Positions 42,201 to 54,705 of a stretch of 64,000 bases of DNA are shown piece after piece. Under the pieces are notes generated by a model. It was not told the DNA's origin, ran no database searches, and saw nothing but the letters and a program-made list of their open reading frames with translations. Origin of the DNA: Phoronis australis (taxonomy: Eukaryota; Animalia; Phoronida). The position numbers and the translations under genes are program-made. The stretch lies in contig NMRA01000032.1 in assembly GCA_002633005.1 (NCBI GenBank), positions 124,001-188,000 of the forward strand, given 5' to 3'. The stretch's first letter is position 1, and every line of letters begins with the position of its first letter.

Positions 42201-45200
42201 AGAAAAAGTTCAGAATGCCGACGTGAGCATGCTTCGCCCTCATCAAACCATTGGCAAAACTTGCTAAATGAAAGCCCAATTACGACTTTAATTGAACGAA
42301 AGTTACATTCTTCTCTGTAACGTAAACAACCGACGCCCAATACAAAAAGTAACGTATCAGGGAAATTCGACTCCAGAACTTCAGAGCAGATAAAACACTG
42401 TCACATCGACGACTGAGAATTGTGAAGACAATAGTGAAGACAGTGAAGTTGCTACTTTTACGTGTACATGGTATACAATGACTCCTCTTTGCACAGGCCG
42501 GAGAAGAAAGGCAAGGTGGGGGAAGGCAATTGTCAGACTTTTTCAATTCTGCAGCAGGGAAGGCCTATTCCCGCATAGAGCAACCGATGCAGCGGGGTTT
42601 CAGAAAGTGTACTCTTCATGGAGTTCAGTTGAAGCACATCACATTACGCACATACAAATCTTACCATGAAACAAAATGGTGAATGAAAGCCGTGAATGGG
42701 ACAATTGGTTTGACAAGTAAACTCGCCCGGCAGGCAGGATGAGATTAATAAGTTAATTAAATATACTACACTGGATTGGAAATCAATCGATTTCAATCAT
42801 CAACAACATTGAGAGAGCTCCTGAACAAGAATTGATTGGAAAGGTCTGCCAGTTATGTGATTTTCTAAAGTGTGCTTCTGTGCTACGACAGCCGTTCCTT
42901 GTGAGGAAATTTTCGAAACCGATTAAAAGGGATAAAAACTCATTTGTTTTTACTTTGCAGTTTTTCGAGAAACTAATCAGACGGCAATGTATTCTACAAG
43001 CATGCAATACTCACCCTGGTGTTACGTTCCCCTTCGCTAAGGAGAAGCAATGTGGCGACCACGACATCACGGACACAGGCAGGCGGGTCGCGCAGGCCCC
43101 TGATCTCCATCAATTCGGCCTCGGAGGCTTTCATTAATTCTTTGTTAAGATTGTTAATACGCTGCAAACTCTCAATGAGGGCGTTGGCCTGAAATCGTGT
43201 TCACACAAAAATGTTGAGGATGTGTGCACAAGCTAATCTTTAATGGGGTCTTCAAGCATTCAGGTGAATGATTTGTAAAATTACTAGAATCACAGTAACG
43301 ACCGTTAACTATTTCGCGGAGCTGTTGTTTGAAAGTCCCCCGCGAGCTGCACAAGCGCACTCCACTCACTTACCTCGAGTAACTCCAAATTGAATTGTTC
43401 TTTGAACTCGCTCTTTTCAAGAATAACAACGCATTTCTGTATAACCTCAGGACTCTTCTGATCCATAGCATGAAGCAATTCTGGAAACATTTTGAGAGTG
43501 CCATCATTGTAGAAAACAGTCAGACAATCACTTGAGTTAAACAGTTCATCAACACGTAAGGTAGGTATAAATGACAGTACTGGGCAAGATAAACCTTTGT
43601 TTTTGGACAACTTGAAACCACTGCTAAATTAAACCTGTATCCAATGCCTGCGTGCTGGCGTCAAAATTGACGCAGAAATTCCGAGCGTGAGGTCAGAAAT
43701 GACATAATCTTGCTAATTCCAGAAAACGTGTAAGAAATAACTTCACGTAAAACATAGCGTTTTATAATCCCGAGTTCAGAATTAGATTTTTAAGTAAAGA
43801 CGGGAGTCCAGCGTCCAAACGTTTACCTGAGTGTAACTTTTGGGAAGCATTGAATAGCATGGACTGAAAACTATCCCTGACGCAATTCAATGTGGTATAC
43901 GGCAATTATTAAGTATGACGTGCTTGTCTTGATGAACGGAAGCGAATGCGAAAATGCTTCGGTCCCAGTCAAGACTATGAGTTTATGGAGACACGTCATT
44001 GTCCAATATTTTCTTAACTTTGGTGCTCATCAAGTCCATAACCTTTAACGTCCAAAGCTAATGTCACATGACCATCCTAAAGGCAAACGTGACTGATTAT
44101 CCCTACCATTTAGGGTCTTGAGTAGGATCAGCACCTTTTCTGCTGATGCGCATTCGCCGAGGTCAGGCACTTTATGCTTGCGGTGCTCGATCATCGCTTG
44201 TTTAATGGCCGTCTCGTCTCCCAGCTTTGTAGCCACCTCCAGAGCACGGCGAAGCACAACAAACTCTTCGTCTGAGACAGCAAATGTTGAAAGTTGGAAA
44301 ATTTCACAAATATTAGGTCAAGAAACATTTAATGGAAGATCATAATCCTGTAAAATACATAGAACACAAATTAAATAAAATTAAGCACTTACCGGTAGAT
44401 ATTTGTATTCCCCCAAGATCCATTTTGTCGCGCAGGTCGTCGAGAGTATGCAACTGTTTCATAAAGAGAAGAAGTTATATTAAATGTGTGTCATGTAATT
44501 GTTAACTGAACACGTGTCCATACGAATCACCTACAGGTTTCATGGCTTAATCGAACAATGGAACTGTGTATTAAAATACCCAAGCCGAAACGAGTGAATA
44601 CTGCCCACTGACCTCTGCTCGCAGTTGATCGTGTATGCAGTTCCTCTCGTTAAGCATTCTCTCAGCCTCGGCGCGCATGCGCTGTGCCTCTTCTCCAAGC
44701 CTTAACGCTTCCGTCTCGTCCTTAAGCATATCCACCAGTTGTTTCATGATGTTCTCTGTCCTCGCCATGGACACGTTCTGCTCTTCCCAGTTATATACGA
44801 TGTGGTCCTGCATGTCCAGAGTCTCGCGCATCTGCAGCAGGTACTTGAGATACTGGGTCAGCTGCTCCGCGTGTTCCACCCGGCGCTCCTCCGACTCGTC
44901 AATGCGGTTCTGACAATCCTCGATGCGCACATCAAAGAGCTGTGCACTCTCAGGGATGTGCAGTTTGAAGTGCTCAAACTGGCTGACTTGGTTCTCCAGA
45001 ATGCGCCGTAGCTCGTCCAAGTTCTCCGCCAACACCGTCGACTCCTCGTGGATTTTGATGCGGTCACGCTCAATCTCACGCAACTTCTTTATTCGCCTAC
45101 CCACCTCCTCCTGCAGCTTTTCGCGCACCGCTTGGTTGTCATTGAACGCCTTTAGCACTGCGTCCTCTCTCATGTGTTTATTCTTGCCCTCTAGCTTGTG

Positions 45201-48200
45201 GTAGTCTTGCAGTAGTTGGCGAGCGTCCGTGTCTAGCTTCCGCCGCTTAATGATGTCCTGGTAGCCATGGATGATCTCTTTCTTCTTGTACAAGATCTCG
45301 TCGTACATCACGCGGACGCGGTCGAAGTCAGCGATCTGCTCGTTGATCTCCATCTTTATCTCACCGAATTCTTCCAACGCCGTTAACTTCTTGCTGGTGG
45401 CAAAGAGAAGACTTTCTTTCTGCCGTTGCTGTTCAAGGACCTCTTCAAGTTTGTTGAGTTTTGTTTCCAGCTCCTTGTGTTCTTTCTGCAAGAGCTTTAT
45501 CTTATTCTCTTTCTTTTTGTCCACGAGACGCATGGTTCTACCCTGTAGTCGTTCCATCTCGTCCCACACTTCTGCGGTGACCACCTTAAAATGTTGCGCA
45601 ATTTACATTAACTAAACAACCAATCAGGCAAATAACTAATATTTAATACTGGTGCCGTGCACCACTGTAGCGTCTTCGTGACGGTATAGCTGCTTCGACC
45701 GACTAACTGTAGTCATTTCTCAAAGAGTTTTACTAGCCGTCGGTGCAGTATCTAAGCAGATTATAAGCATTTTGGAAAGTACACATACCCCATATCTGAA
45801 GCAGCTTTTACCATATTCCCCAAAAACCAGCAACATCTTTTAAAATTTGCAAATACCGTTGCTTCTTTTAAAATGTATAGTAACCCTATGAGGTAATTAG
45901 TTGTCGGGTTTACCTGATACACAAGCAGCGTGTGATACTCCTCCATGTCAGCGCCGCAACAGGAGACCTTGAGGTCCGTCTTACCCTCACTAGTCTGAAC
46001 ATGACCTCTCCATACACTGTCCTCACCCTTTTGAAGATCCGACCACACGTCTTCCTCTGCAACAGTTACGTTTGACGCTTGGGGCACCTTAACTTCGAAC
46101 TTTACCGACGTTAGAGGTGGCAACTGCCTCGTGTTTGGCGTGATTAACACATGGTCGATACCCCAGCTTGACATCGGTTTTGGGAAGGGTGTGGCACCAG
46201 GCTTGGGCCAATCCACCTGGATCACAGAATTGTACAGCATCGGAAGGATGCCTTCCGCCTCCACAGGTTTTCCGTGAAGTTTCAGGTGATACTGGCCAAT
46301 GTCGCGAAAACGGAGAAAAATGGTCGTTTCTTCGATTTTATGCTGAAAGAATACGTAGTCAGTGGCGGATGTTGGGGGAAGGCCTTCTTCGTTCATCTTT
46401 AACATGGTTGCCTGGTACATCATAGGTGATTTTGTGGAAATCACTATTTTCATTTCACCGACGTCCGGCGCGCTTAAAAAAGGAGCCAAATCAGTCTCGG
46501 TGACCAGGCCTTTAAAAAGCTCCGTGGCCCCGAGACCACCTTTTTTAATTAAGGGATACGGGGTCTTGTATTCACACGCTTGCTCGGCTTCTACAAGATA
46601 ATCACAAACGCTTTTAAAGTGTTCGCTAGCTGCACCCCTAAGTCTCCTTGCGTATATCCCAAACCCGTACATACCTTCCCTCGGGCACTTCATACTAAAT
46701 ATCACCACGTCGTCTTCTATTCTGTAGACGATGAAGCGCTTCATATCGTCTTCGCACATTTCATCATGCTTGCATGTATACATAAATTCGAGAGGTGTTT
46801 CCATTTCAAATCGTATCTCACACGTACCGTCTTTGGCGGCTTGTACGACTCCTCTCTTGTGCGACAATGGGGTCATTCCCATGGCAATAGAGCCAGGACC
46901 AGGACCCCACTCTCTACGGTCACTGATGGGCATTGCTCGCAGATCTGAGGTTGCCTTTTCACAATTAATGACGTACCTCAGCAGCTCAAGGTTGTAACCG
47001 CTCTGTGCATCCACGGTATTTCCGTACAATTCAAGCTTGTAAAGCCCTACCTTCGGAAATATAATCTTAATGCGAAGTACGTCGTCTCGTCTCTCGCGAA
47101 ACATGTACCTATCCAACTTCAGGTCACCAAATGCGTCCGCTTCGTCAGCAACCGCATATAGCAGATGCCGGAAGCGAAGAACCTTATCAGTGGGCAAGCC
47201 TAACTGAAGCTCAAAGTCCCCATGACTCACTTCAACTAGACAAGTCTCGTGGTTTATCACTTTCATGTCCAGGTTGAAAAAGCCCGGGCGCAGATACGCC
47301 AAGTCATTAAACTCTTCTAGAGTGACTTGACGAGCAAGAAGCTGCCACCGTGGGTCTTCGGGAAGGTGCGTGTAAATAAACTCAACAGGATCTGTCAAAA
47401 AATAAAACTCATTGTATGCATACTGTACTGACAGGTCGTTGTTGTCGCGCCTTGGTTGAGTTGGTTTAACCACTGGTCCTCCTAATCCGTAGACGAGAGC
47501 CCAGTCGTCCACTGTATCTTCTCCTTCAACGTGGCTTGAAGCCCAGTGAGGATCAATAAGTCGCCAAATGTTGTCGATGAGAACTGCTAGCCAACCTCCA
47601 ATATAGTCATTCGTGTTTTCCGCGATATTGTCGCCGGGGGAGTAGTTAACACCTTTTACTATTCCTTCTATTCTTACTGATATAACGTTGGCAGCCCTGA
47701 AAAGTTAGAAAGGAAAGTGTTTTAACTATAAAATATTGAATTGACCCCTCAATGCATAATACATTGTCGCTCTCCTTTCATTTCCATTTTACAAGTAAAA
47801 CTCGAAGAAGAAAAAGTGTAAAGAGACGAAATGCCCAATTTTAGACGTTTTATTTGTAAAAAAACGACATCCTGAGCATGTTTTCTTTTTCCTACGCGAA
47901 TGTTGAATTTCTTATCAGGGAAGTACACTATGGAAAACTCACTTGAAGAGCTCACTCAGCAGCGTGTCGTAGTACGATGTCACACCATTCTGTATTTTCC
48001 ATAAGCAGTACATGGGAGTGTCTCTCTGCGGTATTGTCCGGCGGAACTTGTATTTGCTCAGGTCCTGGGCTGTCACCCAGCGAAATAGCACTCGAACCTT
48101 CTCCATTTCAGTCTGCGCCTTCTGCGTGAGGTAGTGCGCGAGTTCCTCGTAACTCTTTCGGGCATGTTCCATGGGTGTCTACAAAAGCCAAACATAGAGA

Positions 48201-51200
48201 GCTCATACAGTTGCCAATTCACTAGATGTCATTTTATGTAGCGTGTGAGAAAGACAGGGGCCAGGGATTGACTAAATATGATTGGAAATCTTCCCAAATA
48301 GGGGACGGAAATCTTCGCCCAACCAGTTTTCTGGGGTTTGTTGGTCGCAACATAATCGGCCTATGTGATAATTTCCCACGACCCTTGCAATTTTAATCGT
48401 GTAAATATTGACATCACGAAAAGTCTACCAAACCAATTGTCCCGCGATCTCGACTGCCATAATGAAGACTTCGACATTGTGTTCTTCACTAACGATCTAA
48501 ACGTTTTTTTTATCGTCGAGGTATTAGAGAATACCTGGTTTCACGAGTACAACTCGAACGCACTAGAATCGATGGAAGGACACGCCCCTTGTCAGATCCT
48601 ACAAAGAGAGTGTCCCTCATACTACGAGGCACATCACGGGTCTGAAACTTCTTGCGAGCAAGGAACATTCACTGATAATAACCATGGCGTCGCTCTGACA
48701 AGACAAGGAGGTGCAGTCAAACGTCATCAAAGAGTAATTGTCACAGAACTGATTATTCTACAAAGTCTGTGCAATTACTACACTAGCCTTTTCCTATGCA
48801 AGCGCTGATTCCAAAATCTGGGCTTGCTATGGCCATGAACACATACACCGGTCAATGATTTTGGAGAAGTGGAGTGAAAATATAGAGACCGAACTTGTTG
48901 GAGCCAAGATTGCCGATGCTCTGGAATGTTCTAATTGTCAGTTCATACCGCCAAGGCCTCAGACAATGGGGCTGAGTGATGTAACGGAGGCCAACCACTG
49001 GTAAATAATGTGGGCCAGATCTGCTCCTGGAGGAATGCCCAAGAGACCGATGGCTTTGACCAGTACGCCATCTCATTGAAGGATTTGAATTAAATCTTTC
49101 ATGTGAAGGCCGCCACAGCCTGGGACTAGAAATGGGTTGAGAATACGAAGCGCAAGTTACGAAGATTCATGGATACTTCTCTCTTAATTCGCGACAAATT
49201 TAGATCTACATTAAAAAAGTGTATAACAAACGTTAACTCAGGCCGCAGAAGGAATTGTCACTCAGACATTCCGCAGGAGCTCATCTGACGCACAACACCC
49301 CCCCACTTAAGGAACCTTTATCTATTGTACCTCATAATCCATGTACACCCTGTCCATGGTTGTGAGTGACTACTAGGAGCCCTTACGGTATATATCGATG
49401 GGGAGTGGTATGAGTTCCGTCCTGTGATAACTGTTTGGTGGTCAGCTCTTTATTACCTTAATTGCAAACTGGTCCAGCTCCTGATAGTCATCAATGTTGA
49501 ACACTTCTTTCTTCAGGCTCGGTGTTGGGAATGGATGAGGCATCAAGTTCTCGTCAAGTTCCACTTCTAAGTTGCGCGCCGTGTGCACGTTCTGTCGCTC
49601 TTGAAGGACAATGTGTGTGGGGAATTCATATGGCTTAGGCAGCTTCTGACTGACTATGAACGGGTTTTTCACCTTGGCCGCCTTGGGCACTCGTGTGGTC
49701 AGTGCTAGGCGGTTCGCCTTGAACGATAAGTAGAGGTGTGTGTAGACATGATGCATAATTGCATGCACATCCCAACTCAAGAGAATTCCAAAGTTTCAAC
49801 CAGATCAAGTGCAATTTGAGTTGGATGAATTACATGAATTTACGTTTTACTGGATATGTTTCAAAAACTAAGCAAACGTAATACACTGGAGAGCATTTGG
49901 TAATTAAAATTGCTAATTCTCCTAACATTAAGCGAAGAATACACGGTCACTCAGCCTTCGTTGTCACTCCTTCTTCAAGCTCGCCCGTTCACGACAGCTT
50001 GTAAACAAAGCCGCAGAAACTGAGCATAGTACACTGTAGACTGCTGTGGTAACTACAATAGCGTTCTGTTTTGTTGTTTTGTAGTGTAAAAATAACAGTA
50101 GTAATATCCAGTTGAATTCAGTCGAAAACTTTTATTTATATGACACATTACCGATAAATCAACAGGATTTGTCTGCCTACAATCCGGGACCGAAGTCAAA
50201 GCCAAAAACGCATCAAAGTTGGTCAATTTAGTCATACCGTTATTATGAATGGCAGTCACTACTGGGTGAAACGGGGGTAAACCGAAAATTGGCTACAATA
50301 AATAAATATCTATGAAATACAGAAAACCAGGAAAACAGGTGTTTAGAATACAATCTCAAATATCGTCTGCTCACCTGCCATTCCACGGAAATAAAAGCTA
50401 ACTTTGATTTGGGGTTCAGCTTTGACGAATTCGAATGGGTAGAACTGAATTTGGAAGAAATGTCACAGCTTCAGGTAGCCAGTGAGAGATATGTGGACCA
50501 AGTTGACGAAGTTCATAGAATCGAAAAGAAATGAAAACAACAAGAAAAACGCGAGTGACTGTTGAAACCTGGCTTTTCGGTGTCGTTGTGTTCATACGGG
50601 TATTGGCCAAACAGGAAGTAATTAAAGGAGAATGCCACCAAAATCAACGTATTTTGTATCAATTTAGATCGAGTAGTTCCACTCGACAACAGCAAGTTCA
50701 ACTATTTTATCTGAAATTAACCAATGAAGTCATTAGCTTATAACACAATCTGTTCATCAGTTCACAACGCGCTTACTGGTGTCACTTTATCGCTTGACTT
50801 CATCGCTTTACACCAATAAATCATCAAAATTCAATGCAAAACCCTTAAAATACATTCCGTTTTTACACACACGACTTGTTTTATTTCGCTGTTACGGATT
50901 CGTAGAAATTTTGAACGTTCCGTAGCCTACAGATTTCGGTAGGCCAACTTCAGTAGGCCTACTGAGGTCTGTCGCGGGAAGTTTGGATCTGTTCGGTGAT
51001 AAATTAGAATTATTTTTCCGTGAAATACAGACAGGAGAGTATATCCGTGTATTGTAATATTTGGTTAGTAGTGCTTTATCGGTTCTAAAGAAACAAAACG
51101 CTCGTTGTAACCCAGTGGCTCGGACCCCGATTAGGCCTGTCGCCGGCGACCCCCCATCTCGAACATAAATCAGCCGGGTTAGTTGGCTGCCAAAGTTGAA

Positions 51201-52361
51201 AATTAAACTCCCAGTCACGAAATGACTGGACTAGTGACTCAAAGAAATAATGTGCACGTGAATATTCTGGCAAAACGCCGCAAAATTGCAAATCTACTTA
51301 TCTGCCGAGGCCGCGAAGCCCCTTAGTTCCAAAAACCGTAGCGGGCAAAAGGTGTACAATAACAATGATTTGAATAATGTATATACATGTCGTATATATC
51401 TAAATAAGGATTTCATTAACGTCTGACCAAAGCATTCAAAAGCAATTTATTGTTTCAAAGTAGCTTTCTGTCTGCAAACACTGAATTAACGAGTTAGTTT
51501 TAGTGCATCTGAAGCCGGTAACGCAGTGTGGTATATTCATTGTTGGTTTCTCAAAACATTTGCACTCACGAACACTCCAAAGGCATTGTAAATTGTATCT
51601 ACTAAGGCAGTTTTAAGAGACACTTTGTTTCAGTTATATTCAACATTGGTTAGAGCGAGAATAATTCCACACTTGGTATTAACGGCATGCTTTTCATTCT
51701 TAACTGCCGCGAACGACTTCCCAAGCATTTCGGATTCTCGAGAAAATCAGAAAAGCGATATACCCGATTTTCTCGCAGCTTCATGGTTCGTCACAATTAA
51801 GCGGGAACGATACGTGGCACACACTCAGCTGAAGAACCACTGACGTCGCCGCGTCGTGTACTCACCTTCCTCACAGGTTAACACAACGCTTACCTCTAGG
51901 CGAGGTGTGATCTACCGTATGCGAGGTGATGTGGATATAGACCGATTAAGATGGTAAAAACAACGAAATGAATCGGGTGGCATTCTCCTTTAAGACTCAA
52001 CGATGATCTTAGTATGTGGTATCAATAAGTTTGCTGCCGTGAGTATTTTCACGCGGCCTTCGGCCTCATGAGAATGCTCACACCGCACATCAACCTCGGC
52101 TAATAACACACTCATATAAAACACGTGTAGTTTAACGTATATTTAGTCTCTTTTTCTGCACAGAATTCAAGCGAATCGCTTCACCTCTTCACTTATAGTT
52201 TATTTTGATAAAATCACCTCGCCGCGTATAATAGTAGTGACACGTTGCAAGAAGGGTGTCTCTTCTTTTAAAATTCTGCCTGTGTACAACCCTCAACGTT
52301 AACCTACCTGGGCTTTCGCCGGAGCGATTTCCAGCTTCATTTTGGAAAATTTGCAGCCCAT
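39244..52361 (-). CDS. KY/Hillarin-like transglutaminase-fold protein with long coiled coil and C-terminal dynein-MTBD-like domain, about 1367 aa
   Basis: Exons 52361-52308 (MGCKFSKMKLEIAPAKAQ), 49717-49457, 48178-47943 (EKVRVLFRWVTAQ), 47696-45914 (IEGIVKGVNYSPG...GWLAVLIDNIWRLIDPHW...NEFYFLTDPVEFIYTHLPEDPRWQLL), 45584-44613 (heptad-rich coiled coil), 44453-44393, 44271-44107, 43480-43374, 43188-43015 and 39534-39244. All introns are GT-AG and phase-compatible; total 4104 nt. The FYFLTDP..FIYTH.P....WQLL motif is typical of KY/Hillarin/LTD-1/CYK3 proteins. The last exon could alternatively splice out at 39349. Confidence 0.9.
40330..41600 (+). mobile_element. Highly decayed non-LTR retrotransposon RT remnant
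   Basis: ILLFADDLALLAE (RT catalytic motif) at about 40453-40492, preceded by a degenerate LS..IFS segment. Boundaries are approximate. Confidence 0.55.
40823..41077 (+). repeat. 28-bp minisatellite, about 9 copies (TGCAACTTGTTCAACACATCTCAGCTGT)
   Basis: Directly abutting, near-identical units with no spacers. It explains the repetitive ORFs at 40759-41105. Confidence 0.95.
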
Positions 52362-53803
52362 TTTTGTCACGGCATGTTTTCAGCTAGGAACTTAGCTATA
52401 GTGGCGAAGACTTCCGTTATGTGAAAATGATCTCTCATCGGAGAGCAAAACAAGCATCAAATCCGGTTGTATTGAACATTCTGCTGTTTTAATTCACTTG
52501 AAACATCAGCCACACTATTGTCCCTGTTGAAAATCAACCCATATTTTTTTGTAAAAACTAAACGATATACGCACACTTTAGATCACGTTCTTTGCTGAAA
52601 TCACACTCAATCTCACGATTGTTGATGCTGATATCGCAAATAGGTTATTCAGGCTTGATCACGAAATGACGGCAAGGACCTTAGATGATATCGAATGAAG
52701 CCTATTCACTCTGACGCTCATTTAGTACGGATCCAAAATGGGCAGCACGAACGATATATGGAGCACTGACCGTCAAAGAAGACGCACGGACACAAATTGT
52801 CAAAGCGGCCACAATTGTCTCACCTTCTGAACTATGACATTTTCTAGTCATCACGGGTGGTTGAAATTATCACAATTGGTCCAGTCTAACAAGGTTTCCT
52901 TGTGCCAATTTGGGCCTGAGTGGGGCATACACAAGACACCGACCCCGAGATATTAAGACCGGGCTGAGACCAGAAGCACGACGTTACCGTAGTTGAGACT
53001 TTTTTGATTTCATCATCGCGCCACCATGAAGTTAGAGTATGCATCGTAACGTAGAACGATCGTAATAAGTACACCCAGAACATGTACTTGCTGTAAACAA
53101 AAGACCATTCTGAAAACAGTCAATGGGTACGCGCCGAATACTACAGATATTGTTTTATTTACCTGTTTCAGTTTTCAGAAACTCCCTACGCCGTTATCCT
53201 TGAGACGACGAAAGTCACCTAAACAAAGTTGAAGCGAGTATCGTAGGCCCCTAGATATCACTGACCTCATCCCCATCCCCATCCAAAGCTCTAGCGTAAA
53301 GTAACAAGAGTATGACGTACATGTGTTGCAGCTGCTTCTGCTTGTGACGCACGCATTATTTACGTGTTGTTCGGGACATACATGTATGTCGAAATATGAC
53401 TGCCTAGAAATCGGACCTGACATTCTAGGTTAATGCTCTGGAGGGGGGTCCAGGGCAGTTGGGTCATGCCCCTTGCATGGTTGCGCCCGTATTTTATGTT
53501 GGAAATCCCCTGTACTAGGCTGAACAGATTTTGAAATCAACCAATTACCACCAGAATTGAGGGGCAATGGAGATAGGTAATGTTAAGAGAGGTGGGAGCT
53601 ATTGTGGACCAAAACTTGCAGATCAAGTTCCCGATTATTTAGCATTCTCACAATGGATTTTGTATACTGGTGAAAAAAAGTTAATACCGAAAGTACTGTA
53701 TGTGCTTCCCACTTAAGTGTATTTTTACATTATAAGACTCGCTGTGGTGGCGGATTGATAAACTGATGTACATACTCTCCGGCAACACTTGGGCGTCCAT
53801 TTT

Positions 53804-53966
53804 TACCGTAATCGTTCGGGTTAACGCCCATGCTCAGTTAACCGCCCATCCCCGACTTTAGGTGGATTTTCGATTTAACCGCCCACTGCTCGGTTAACCG
53901 CCCTCCCCCGATTTTTTGGATTCGCCCATTTAACCGCCCAGGGCGTTAACCCGAACGATTACGGTA
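53804..53966. mobile_element. 163-bp MITE with perfect 26-bp TIRs
   Basis: TACCGTAATCGTTCGGGTTAACGCCC ... GGGCGTTAACCCGAACGATTACGGTA. Internal TTAACCGCCC occurs four times. Confidence 0.85.
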
Positions 53967-54705
53967 AGTCTACCACAAAACCACAGAACACATAAACACG
54001 CATGTTTATTTCCTGAAATAACTTCCACTCATCTGACCACAACTGCTTTATTTTCGTTATATAAAGGAATACAATTCTCTCACTTTTGTGAATAAGCCAT
54101 ACAATACGACTACCGTTATTTCACTTCCTGGCATGACGGGAAGCAGTGAACAAGCTGGATAACTCCCATGAAAAAACAGTCAATGTCAAATTAAGTCAAA
54201 CATTTCTAATTAAAGCAGATTCGGGACTTTTGCTAAGCCTAAAATGCTGTTCAAGCCCAGTCCTGAAATACACGGAGTGTTTATAAAATATATATACTTA
54301 AAAAATAACTCAAATCTATTTGGTAAATGGAAATGAAAAATAAAAATGGTTGTCACTGAAACACAAGCATGATAAGAATAAGTCCCATAGAACAGATTAC
54401 GCCATCTAGTGTAGGTGACAACATACCCTCCACTTACTATTATTACTAAACGCATTTGCCAACAGAACCCATGATTCACCAAACAAAAAAGTCGAGAAAA
54501 TGTAAAATTAAACAAATCTTCCCTAGATCATGGACACCTACCAAGCATTTGAAGGAAATCAGTTGATCACACAACCTCTTCTCATAACTGTCTAGGGTCT
54601 ATGGAACACAACTGGAGTATCACAGACTTTAACAAGAGCTTCATGTATCTAGTTCAAAACATCAGCTTCGGTGCAAGTTAAAAAACCTAAGACTCTGGAA
54701 TAAAT

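Noticed and set aside
44635-46997. Several plus-strand ORFs of 85-122 aa
   Set aside because: They are antisense shadows of the long minus-strand coding exons and have no recognisable motifs.
48365-48808. 147-aa plus-strand ORF within the KY-like intron
   Set aside because: Non-ATG start and no recognisable domain; probably a decayed repeat fragment.
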